In this document: positions 15,579-23,900 of the stretch, piece by piece
Layout of the letters: each line of letters starts with the position of its first letter
Numbering within the stretch: position 1 is the first letter of the stretch
Source of the DNA: Nitratidesulfovibrio vulgaris str. Hildenborough
Lineage (GTDB): Bacteria > Desulfobacterota > Desulfovibrionia > Desulfovibrionales > Desulfovibrionaceae
Assembly: GCF_000195755.1 (NCBI RefSeq)
Contig: NC_002937.3
Span: 2,250,001 to 2,282,000, forward strand
DNA length: 32,000 nt
Direction of reading: 5' to 3'
Position numbers and translations under genes: made by a program
Notes under the pieces: generated by a model
The model's database searches: none
What the model saw: the letters and a program-made list of their open reading frames with translations, nothing else
Told to the model about the DNA's origin: nothing

Positions 15579-16604
15579 CTAGGCATCCACCACGGTGGCG
15601 ATGACGATGCCGTTGGGGATCTTGGGCCAGGGCATCGGACGCGATTCGGCGAGCAGGAAGAGACCGCTCGGGTCGTCCTCCATCTTCGACTTCGAGAAGA
15701 TCTCCACGGGGCCGCTGCATTCGAGGTCAGCGGGCAGGCCGAAGTCCAGCGAGGTGGGCAGTTCGGTGCTGGTGAACAGCACCTTGTTGGGCGCAAGCAG
15801 CTTCTGCGACACCCCGGCACCGTCGGTGTAGGTCGTACCGCAGTGGTAGATGTCGATGCCGTTGACGCGGCCCTTGTACATGCGCTGCACGTTGGGGCCG
15901 AGCTGGCCGAGTTCGATGCGCTTGTTATCCAGCTCTTCCTTGATGGCCGGGTTCTTGCGGAACGCCGTCCATGCCTTGTCACCCATGACGCACACGTTGG
16001 CCGGGAATCCGCTCTCCTGCACCAGCGCGTTCCACTCCTCGAAGTCGCCGGATGGGTCGCTCGCGGACTCGGTCCACCTGTCGGTGCCGGTCAGGGTGAC
16101 CTTGTTCGACGCGGGAATGAGAAAGTCGATCTGCCGCTGGATGTTGTCCTGGCTGATGACGATACCGCCCTGCATGGCCTGCGCCGCCATCCACTCAAGG
16201 CTCTTGGTGATGCGGTCCTTGAGGTCGTCGAGTTCTCGCGTGACAGCTTCGAGGATGCGGTCGCGCGGTGCGCCGGGGTTGTAGGGGTCGCGCCCCAGCT
16301 GCGGGGCCTTGAGCAGGTCGGCGGCGCGGAACTGCTTCTTGGGCCGCATGCGCGTGGTCTTGATGGCCTGCACTTCGCGCTTGGTGTTCTCCACGAGGGT
16401 GCCGCCCTCGTAGTCGGTCACGAAGGGGGCCAATTCCTTGCCGTACATCTCAAGCTCGACGGCGGCGGTGTCGGTGAGCAACGTGTTGCGACGCGACTCC
16501 GGGAAGAACAGCGAGAGGAACAGCGAGTTGAACCACGGCCGCACCGTGATGATGCCCGTCAGCGTCCGCGCCTCGAAGTGGTCGGTCAGTACGATCTTGC
16601 CCAT
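15579..16604 (-). CDS. Major capsid protein (lambda gpE-like family)
   Basis: 341 aa with RBS AAGGAG 6 nt upstream. It follows the decoration gene as in lambda D-E. The N-terminal LTDHFEARTL...FFPE region resembles the gpE family. Confidence 0.85.
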   Translation of the reverse strand: MGKIVLTDHFEARTLTGIITVRPWFNSLFLSLFFPESRRNTLLTDTAAVELEMYGKELAPFVTDYEGGTLVENTKREVQAIKTTRMRPKKQFRAADLLKAPQLGRDPYNPGAPRDRILEAVTRELDDLKDRITKSLEWMAAQAMQGGIVISQDNIQRQIDFLIPASNKVTLTGTDRWTESASDPSGDFEEWNALVQESGFPANVCVMGDKAWTAFRKNPAIKEELDNKRIELGQLGPNVQRMYKGRVNGIDIYHCGTTYTDGAGVSQKLLAPNKVLFTSTELPTSLDFGLPADLECSGPVEIFSKSKMEDDPSGLFLLAESRPMPWPKIPNGIVIATVVDA

Positions 16605-16614
16605 GGTGCGCTCC

Positions 16615-16983
16615 TTACTTCACGAACAGCCCGGCATCGGCGAGGCTGTCGATGGCCGTGTTCTTCTGGGTGGTGGTGATGCCCGAGGCCCACGTCAGAC
16701 CAGCCGCGCGGAACTCGCCGTGGGAATAGGCCACGGTCTTGGCCTCGCCGCTGGCGGGGATGGTCACATCCTCCACGAGGATGCGACGTGCGCTTTCGCT
16801 GCCGTCGGATGCTGCGGGCGCGTGGGCCGCATACTTGCGGCTGGCGGTGATGCGCCCGAGCACCGTACCGGCCAGCAACGTGACCTCGGCTGCCGTGGCG
16901 TTGACCAGCGTGATCGGCTCCTGCACGACAGGATGCCCGCCCACGAACGCGGGAATGATGTAGCTCTTTCTTGCGTCAGCCAT
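16615..16983 (-). CDS. Head decoration protein (lambda gpD-like)
   Basis: 122 aa, positioned between the protease and capsid genes. Size and sequence character match gpD-like decoration proteins. Confidence 0.75.
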   Translation of the reverse strand: MADARKSYIIPAFVGGHPVVQEPITLVNATAAEVTLLAGTVLGRITASRKYAAHAPAASDGSESARRILVEDVTIPASGEAKTVAYSHGEFRAAGLTWASGITTTQKNTAIDSLADAGLFVK

Positions 16984-16986
16984 GAC

Positions 16987-18264
16987 TTACCCCTTGGCGA
17001 TGGCCTTGGACTGTTCGATGAGCGCAGCGTAGCGGTCGCCTTTCGCTTCGGTCTTCTGCTGCGTGGACAGGGGCGTGGCCCCGGCCTGCATCAACCCTTC
17101 GAGAATGGCCTTCTGCGACGGGCTATCCTGCGCAGCCGTGGTCGCTTCGTCGCCCTTCGAGGCCTTGGCGACTTGCAGCACATTCATCGAGGCCAGCGAT
17201 GCGATCTGCTCGGTGCTGAGGTTCAACGCGGCCAGTTCGCCCACTTTGGCGGCTGCTTCAGGACCGCACACGATGGTGACGATAGCGGACACGCTTTGTG
17301 CGGCCTGTGCCGTTTCCTTCGAGGCTGCGGTGCGGGCGTTCTCTTCGGCCTCATTGCGAATAGCTGCCACGGCCTCCGGGTATTTGGCGGCCAGTTCCTT
17401 TGCGTCCATATGGACCTCCTGACTGAGTGCTGCCACGGCTCCGGCGAGGTCGGGCACGATGGCTGTTACGAGACCGAGTGCAAGGGCCTCGGTAGCCCTG
17501 AATACCTGCCCGTCGGCCCACGCTGCCGGGTTGGCCCGGTCAAGGCCCATGGGCGCAGACACGCCGTCGAGAAACTGCGTGTAGGCGGTGTCGATGAGAT
17601 GCTGGAAATACGCCTTGTCGTTGTCCGACAACGGGGCTTCGGGAGCGCCTGCCGCCTTGCGCGAACCGGCGGTGATGTAGGTGGCGCGAATGCCGTTTGT
17701 CTCAAGGTACTGCGACCAGTCATAGTGCATCCAAAGCACGCCGACGCTGCCCACGATGGCCGCAGCCGGGGCGAACACCCGGCCCGTGGAACCGCCTATC
17801 CAGTAGGCGGCACTGCACATGGTGCCGTCGGCGTAGCTGGCGATGGGCTTGACCCCGTCCGCAACGCGGGCCGCTATCCAGTCGGCAAGCTCGCGTGTGC
17901 CGTCCACCGTGCCGCCGGGGCTGTCGATGGCCAGCAGCACGGCCCGCACTGCGGGGTCGTCCAGTGCCTGCTGTACCGTGGTGCGCACGCCCTCCATGCC
18001 CGTCGTCCACCACGAACCACGCTTGGTCAGCGTGCCGCGCATGTTGACCACAGCCACATCGCCGTGCAGCTCATAGGGCCTGTCGTCGCGGTCACGAAGC
18101 AGGTCGCCAAGCGACATGGCGGCACCCTCTGCACCGGAGGCGAAGCGGGACACATGCTCGCGCAGGGCTTCGGGCATGATGGCCAGAGGCCCCGCCAACA
18201 GCTGCATGGGTGCAGCCGCTTCGTCAGCTGGCTTTCTGGTCTGAGGCTGTGGCATCTTGGGCAT
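16987..18264 (-). CDS. Head maturation protease / scaffold (S49, SppA/ClpP-like, lambda gpC-like)
   Basis: The LLAIDSPGGTVDG and MCSAAYWIGG motifs are typical of S49 peptidases, and the C-terminal half is Ala-rich and scaffold-like. The start is uncertain: ATG at 18264 overlaps the portal end by 41 nt, and alternatives exist at 18255 and 18207. Confidence 0.8.
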   Translation of the reverse strand: MPKMPQPQTRKPADEAAAPMQLLAGPLAIMPEALREHVSRFASGAEGAAMSLGDLLRDRDDRPYELHGDVAVVNMRGTLTKRGSWWTTGMEGVRTTVQQALDDPAVRAVLLAIDSPGGTVDGTRELADWIAARVADGVKPIASYADGTMCSAAYWIGGSTGRVFAPAAAIVGSVGVLWMHYDWSQYLETNGIRATYITAGSRKAAGAPEAPLSDNDKAYFQHLIDTAYTQFLDGVSAPMGLDRANPAAWADGQVFRATEALALGLVTAIVPDLAGAVAALSQEVHMDAKELAAKYPEAVAAIRNEAEENARTAASKETAQAAQSVSAIVTIVCGPEAAAKVGELAALNLSTEQIASLASMNVLQVAKASKGDEATTAAQDSPSQKAILEGLMQAGATPLSTQQKTEAKGDRYAALIEQSKAIAKG

Positions 18265-19777
18265 CGTCTCTTCCCTCTGTCTTCTTTCCGGTGGTGAGCG
18301 CTGGCGTGACGCCCTCGCGCTGCATGAATCTGGCTTCGCGTGCGGACTGGCGGATGCTGTCGCGCCAGTCGCGCCCCTGTTCGGCGTGCGTCTCGGCCTG
18401 TGTCCGCAGCAGCCCGCCAATGGCGGCAAGGTTCGACTCGACCTCTTTCACCGGGTCGATGTAGCCACGGGCCGGACCCATCCACGAAGCCGCCGTCCAC
18501 AGGTGCTGGGCCTCGTAGAAGTCACGCGCACCGGGGGGAATGGGCAGCAGGTTGCGAAGCCATGCCTCTTCCCACACCATGGCCCACAGCGGCTGGCAGT
18601 AATGACGGGTAAGAAAATCGCGGTAGTAGAGGATGGTGCGCCACGCCTCCAGCAGGGCGGCGCGGGCCGACGAGTAGTTGGTCTTGCTGAAGTCCTTGGT
18701 GAGGACCTCGTAGGGCATACCCGTTGAGGCCGACATGGCCCGCAGCACCAGTTCGAGAAAGGCGTTGAAGTTGCCGCCCGGCCTGTTGCTTTGCAGCACG
18801 TGCGGGCGGTCGCCCATCTGCCCGAACATGACGCCGCCCGGCTCCACGCCGTAGTCGGGCTTGAAGCTCTGCGGCGCGGCGTTGGGTTCGATGTTGCCAG
18901 CGCCCCCTCCAGCCAGACCGCCAAGGCGCAAGTTGTTGACCGCAGGCGTGCCGCCCATGGTGCGTTCGATGAACAGCGGGAAGGCCGCCGTGACGATCTG
19001 CGCCACAAGCTCGTAGTCCAGCGCGTCGTCGAGCTGGCGGAAGAGCTTCATGCCGGGTTCGAGAAGTGACCGTCCCCGCACCTGCTCATCAAAGAGCGGG
19101 CGGAAGCAGTGGAACACCGCCTGACGGTGGGCCACGCGGGCCGGTTGCCTGACGAAGCGTTCGTGCAGTCCGGGCATGTACGGGGACGGGTCGGAGATAT
19201 GGTAGAAGCAGGGCCGCCCGCGTTCGTCGAGTTCAACGCCGTCGCGGATGTCGCCACCCGTCATTCCGGGCGGCGTTCCGAGGCGGTGCGGGTGGATGTT
19301 CTGTATCTGCAGGGCCAGCAGGCTTGTGGCGTCCTTCTCCATGATGGCGAGGTGCAGCAGTTCGCCATGCACCAGCACAGAGCGCAGCCCGAGCAGCTGC
19401 ATGTCCTCGAAGTGGAGGCGGGCCGACCAGTCGCACTCACGGCACCACCGCGCCCAGACCCACTCCATGGATTCTTCGATGGCGGTGGCCTCGTCCTCTG
19501 TGATGCCGAGCAGCGCGTAGGGAAGGGTCGCCTGCGGTTGCAGGCCGCAACCCACAGCCGAGACGGTGATGGAGTCGACCACCGAAGACGCGGCCCAGTC
19601 GTTGGCCACGAGGTCTTCAGCGCGGGTCTGCGCCAGCCTGCGCTCCATGCCCTCGCGGATGTCGGAAGCACGCATGGGGCCGTAGCCGGACAACACACCA
19701 CGATGGCTGCCAGCCTGACGCGATACCAGGGGCTGACGCGCCGCGCGTGACCGTATGGACTGACCCGGGAAGCGCAT
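18224..19777 (-). CDS. Portal protein (lambda gpB family)
   Basis: 517 aa with an ATGA overlap to the gpW stop. It sits between the gpW-like and S49 protease genes, as in the lambda order. Confidence 0.85.
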   Translation of the reverse strand: MRFPGQSIRSRAARQPLVSRQAGSHRGVLSGYGPMRASDIREGMERRLAQTRAEDLVANDWAASSVVDSITVSAVGCGLQPQATLPYALLGITEDEATAIEESMEWVWARWCRECDWSARLHFEDMQLLGLRSVLVHGELLHLAIMEKDATSLLALQIQNIHPHRLGTPPGMTGGDIRDGVELDERGRPCFYHISDPSPYMPGLHERFVRQPARVAHRQAVFHCFRPLFDEQVRGRSLLEPGMKLFRQLDDALDYELVAQIVTAAFPLFIERTMGGTPAVNNLRLGGLAGGGAGNIEPNAAPQSFKPDYGVEPGGVMFGQMGDRPHVLQSNRPGGNFNAFLELVLRAMSASTGMPYEVLTKDFSKTNYSSARAALLEAWRTILYYRDFLTRHYCQPLWAMVWEEAWLRNLLPIPPGARDFYEAQHLWTAASWMGPARGYIDPVKEVESNLAAIGGLLRTQAETHAEQGRDWRDSIRQSAREARFMQREGVTPALTTGKKTEGRDDAQDATASDQKAS

Positions 19778-19998
19778 CAGCGCACGCTCCCGAAGTTGAC
19801 CACATGGATGGCATGGCCACCGCGCAGCCGTTCAAGTTCGCCCTCGTAATACTGAAGCTGCTTCCTCACCTCCGGCAGTTGCGAACGGCGCAGGGTGATG
19901 CCCTCGAACGTCGTCTGCTCTGCGGTGGCGAGGTCTTCAAGGGCCGTCTTGTAAAGCCCGATATGGCGGAGGAGTTCCTCCTCGGTCCAGATGCTCAT
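19777..19998 (-). CDS. Head-to-tail joining protein gpW-like
   Basis: 73-aa helical protein immediately upstream of, and overlapping, the portal gene. No convincing RBS precedes its ATG. Confidence 0.7.
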   Translation of the reverse strand: MSIWTEEELLRHIGLYKTALEDLATAEQTTFEGITLRRSQLPEVRKQLQYYEGELERLRGGHAIHVVNFGSVR

Positions 19999-20033
19999 GC
20001 ACCACGGTTACGACGCGGCGCGGCTCTATGTCG

Positions 20034-20065
20034 TGGAGGATTTGGAGGATTTGGAGAATTTGGAC
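20034..20065. repeat. Short tandem repeat, 9-bp unit TGGAGGATT x3.5
   Basis: TGGAGGATT (20034-42), TGGAGGATT (20043-51), TGGAGAATT (20052-60), TGGAC (20061-65). Confidence 0.8.
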
Positions 20066-20082
20066 GAAAGATTCTCAAGCAC

Positions 20083-20108
20083 AAAAAAACGCCCCATAGC
20101 GGGGCGTT
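20083..20108 (-). terminator. Intrinsic terminator (second of two in tandem)
   Basis: On the minus strand the 8-bp stem AACGCCCC / GGGGCGTT has a 5-nt loop and is followed by a run of 7 U. Confidence 0.8.
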
Positions 20109-20156
20109 CTGCATGAATAAACGGCTCACTCAAGGCAAACTCCACAAACAAAACAA

Positions 20157-20190
20157 GCCGGAGTTGCCCTGCTACAAGGGCAACTCCGGC
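20157..20190 (-). terminator. Intrinsic terminator directly after the 225-aa gene
   Basis: 14-bp perfect stem GCCGGAGTTGCCCT / AGGGCAACTCCGGC with a 6-nt loop, followed on the minus strand by TTGTTTTGTTTG. Confidence 0.8.
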
Positions 20191-20229
20191 GTTCTGGAAA
20201 CATGAATCAAGCACAGAGTCATGTGATTA

Positions 20230-20907
20230 CTAGCTCTGTACACACCAAACTCTCTTCCGCTCTTCTTCAAGGCGTCGTAGATTTTGCGCAAACACGCCAT
20301 CACAACTATGTTCGATATCTGCAAGAAGTTCGCAATCTTTCTTCGCCGAAAAATTCATTATTCGACTATAATAGTTAGTTTTAAATGTATTATAGTCATG
20401 AATATTAATTCCAAAAAACACGCACAGCCGACACCGTTCAGTACTTTCTACGCAACAGTCTTCACTCTCATGTAAAACTTCTCGCCTAGTATAATCATCA
20501 CTGTATTCATATCTTATGATAGTCTTTTTTTTCAAATAATTGCGATAAAAATGAATTTTTTCACACACATGGCCACTACTAAAAGAAAAATTTGGCAAAT
20601 TGCATTTATCATTCTTACAATTCATAGCGGCCATTACAAGTTCTTTAGGCGCATTTGTTAGCACACGACTTTGAAACAAGTCTTCATGGCATAGCATGTA
20701 ATTACGCTGTACAGATGGTGCTATTTCAAGATAGCAATATGGCAAAGATTTATCATCTTGATAAATCGCACTCATATAATTAATGAACCAGTTTTCTGGA
20801 TCATAACCACCTTGCTTTGTATATCCCCGCGAGAAGTAACATCCTTTAGACTCACCGCTAACATAGTTTGTAGCTCTCGCATACTCATGCACAGTTACAG
20901 TAGACAT
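20230..20907 (-). CDS. Cys-rich protein of unknown function (225 aa), distal gene of the ISP operon
   Basis: Very AT-rich ORF. ATG at 20907 has GGAG 7-8 nt upstream and lies 53 bp after the stop of the 1595-aa gene on the same strand. It has 13 Cys, including CKNDKC and CC-x6-C-x2-C. I recognise no family motif. Confidence 0.75.
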   Translation of the reverse strand: MSTVTVHEYARATNYVSGESKGCYFSRGYTKQGGYDPENWFINYMSAIYQDDKSLPYCYLEIAPSVQRNYMLCHEDLFQSRVLTNAPKELVMAAMNCKNDKCNLPNFSFSSGHVCEKIHFYRNYLKKKTIIRYEYSDDYTRREVLHESEDCCVESTERCRLCVFFGINIHDYNTFKTNYYSRIMNFSAKKDCELLADIEHSCDGVFAQNLRRLEEERKRVWCVQS

Positions 20908-20960
20908 CTACTTACTCCAAAGCTCTATTCTACTTCTCTCTATAACGCACCCGTATCTCT

Positions 20961-23900
20961 CTACCCTTCACACTCCGGCAAGCCTGAAACAATGCGATTG
21001 GTTTCCATGCTGACGCGGATGATGCGCTTCACCAGATTATAGATGTACGCCGGGTCGTCATGCTCCCGGCACCAGTCGTTCGGGTCGTTCCTGATGCCGC
21101 TATCCTTGTCCACCGTGATAGCGTACCGCTCCATGAGCCACTCAATGGCGCTCTTGCCGTTGACCACATAGCCATACGCTTCAAGAGGAATATCCTTGAA
21201 GGTGATGTTGCCGTTATAGATGATGGTTCCCTTCTCGCCCTTTTTGGGAAAGCGCATCTTCTCCACATGGTAATAAGCAAAATCGTCTCGCCCATCTTGT
21301 GGCTGGCGCTCTTCGGTCACAGGCCACGGCTCCACCGTTTCATACTTCAGATGCCAGTGGGCCAGTTCGCGCCCCGCCTTGCTAAATGCCCAGAAGTCCG
21401 GAGCAAAGGGCACCCGTGGCAACATCTTCTTAAGGTCAGCGGCGTACTTTTCCCGGTACTGCGGGGAATGCAGCACCCCGTATACGTAATAGAAAAGATC
21501 TTCTTTCCCTATGGTTGCATCGCCGTAGTGCTTGCGGAATACCTCAAGCCCTTCATCCGTTATGGCCTCTTTCCGGACATACCCGTCCTGTCCACTGTCT
21601 TCACTTTCGCTGGAAAGAAGACTCAACTGTCGTTCTGTGCTGACTGTCTTCTTTTCGTAATGGTATAAGGGGAAACACTGTGACCCTTCTGCCCAAAGAC
21701 ATGGCACAACATCCACCATTATTGCAGAAAACTTTTTTGTAGATCCTGCTCCAGGAGTCTGTATTGCAAAATTAACACAATCAGGCGATGCAAAAATCGA
21801 GGGCTGCTTATACACACAATTATTAAGATGTCTATTAAAATAGGCTTTTTCTTTCACAAAGGGGCGATAAGACGAACACTGAATGCTTGTCGCGAGGAAT
21901 GTATACTTCTTTTTTTTGACTATATCTTGCTTTTGCTGCCGATCCCATAAAAATTTTGTTTTATCAAAATTAATAATATCAGAAGCTGCTACATCTCCAC
22001 CCTCATGTATAATCAATTGATAGCGATCGACCTCATTGTTATAAAAATCAATCGAGGATTTAATATTCTGCGCCAACCGTTGCCCGCTAAAATTGTAACA
22101 CCACGCATCACGATTCGTCTTTAACCCACCAGAACGCATGCAAAAAATAGACGCTCTTCCATCTTCATTGAGTGGCATAAATTTACCAAAAGTCTCATCC
22201 CGCTGATTCAGCCAGTCATCATGGCTATTAGGCTCTAACGCTTGCCATTCAAGCCCTCTGTAGTCATGGGCTTTCGCAATAGCTGCAAGCTTCTGTTCCC
22301 GTGTCAGATAGTCGCCAATGTCATGGTAGAAGATGCGGGCTTTGCCCGTATGCTCAGCCTTCTTGACGAGCAGGGTTATGGCAACAGGGGTGCGGGATCC
22401 GCCCTCAAAGACATTCCCGGCTTCCTTCTTCCGCAACTCTCCTTGTGTGCGCGCATTACCTCGCAAATTATACACATGAACGGAAGTAAACTCTTCTTCC
22501 AACACATGCCGGAAACCGTCAGCCGTATTACTATCTATCCAATAGCCGTTGGTAACGAAGCAGATAACCCCCTCATTGCCAATGCGATCAGATGCCCATC
22601 GAAATGCTCTTATATAAGAGTCATATAGGCTGTTTTTCAGCGTTGCCGTAGAGTGCGCCGCATACGTTGCTGCAATACGCCCATCCAAATGGGCATACTT
22701 CAAATTCTGATTGTTATCGTTGGCATTGCCCTGCCCCACAGAATACGGCGGATTGCTGACGATCACACGAATATCACGCCGTTTCTGGGCTTCTACGCGC
22801 TCGCTGTTCTCCGGGCAGTCTCCAGCGGTGACAACCTCGCCCGCATGAACCCTCGCCACGTTGGCAGCTTCGCCAAGCTGGAAGGTGTCGGTAAGACATA
22901 TGCCGGGGAAGGGCTGGTAATCGCCCTGGGTGACGCGGTGGTACGCCTCTTCGATGTTGATGGCCGCAATGTAATAGGCCAGCAACACTATTTCGTTGGC
23001 GTGAAGCTCATGTGCATACTTGTGGGCCAGCTTGTGCGGAGGGATAAGGCCACTTTCGATCATACGGACAGGGAAGGTCCCGGTGCCGGTGAAGGGGTCA
23101 AGAATATGCACCCCTTCATCTTGCAGGCTGCACCCGAAATGCTCGCGCAACGCCTTGTCCGCACTGTGGATGATGAAGTCCACCACCTCCACGGGGGTAT
23201 ATACGATGCCGAGCCGCTCAACCATTTTGGGGAACGCTGTCTTGAAGAACTTGTCGTACAGTTCCACAATGATCTTCTGACGCCCGGCAGGGTCGTCTAT
23301 GCCCTGCACACGGCGGCGCACATCGGCATAGAAGCCTTCAAGGTGGTCAAGATCCTTCTCCAGCGCCTTACCTGCCAGCACATCCATAATGCCTTGCATG
23401 GCCTGCGAAACGGGATTTTGCTCCGTAAAGGCGTAACCACTGAACAGAGCGTCGAACACGGGCTTGGTAATGACGTGCTGCGCCAGCATTTCAATGGCTT
23501 GCCCCGCGTCTATGGAGGGGTTCAGGTTGCTTTGCAGGCCGTGAAGAAAGGTTTCGAATGCTTGCTGTTGTTCCTGCGTAGGGTTTTCAAGCATAAGCCG
23601 GATACGCCCCTGATGCCGTTCGGCAATATCGGCAATATCCTTGGCCCATGTTTCCCAATAGAGACGGTCGCCGCATTTGTGGACGATTTTTCCATAGATG
23701 GCGTTTTGCCACTCTGCGCCATAGGCATCTGCCACGGGGAGTGAAAGCCACTCTGTGCGGAACTTGTCGGTACGGTCGCCACTGCCTTCGCCCGTGCCGC
23801 CGATAATATCGACCTCAACCACGCCGCCAGCCTTGCCCGTCAGGTCTATCTTCGCAAACTGGTTATCAAGCCGGTCGTCGTGTGCCCGCAGCGCATTAAG

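Noticed and set aside
16438-18297. 619-aa plus-strand ORF
   Set aside because: It is antisense to the decoration and protease genes, which carry recognisable family motifs. It has a low-complexity Gly/Arg/His composition.
20034-20065. Tandem 9-bp repeat as a possible CRISPR array or cos site
   Set aside because: The units are contiguous with no spacers and only ~3.5 copies, so this is not a CRISPR array. I have no evidence for terminase-binding or cos features either. It is kept only as a repeat at the phage/island junction. No CRISPR array is present anywhere in the window.
20026-20214. 62-aa minus-strand ORF, and the plus-strand ORF 19747-20205
   Set aside because: They span two terminator hairpins and the 9-bp tandem repeat. 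The translation is repeat-derived (SKFSKSSKSS), and there is no RBS.
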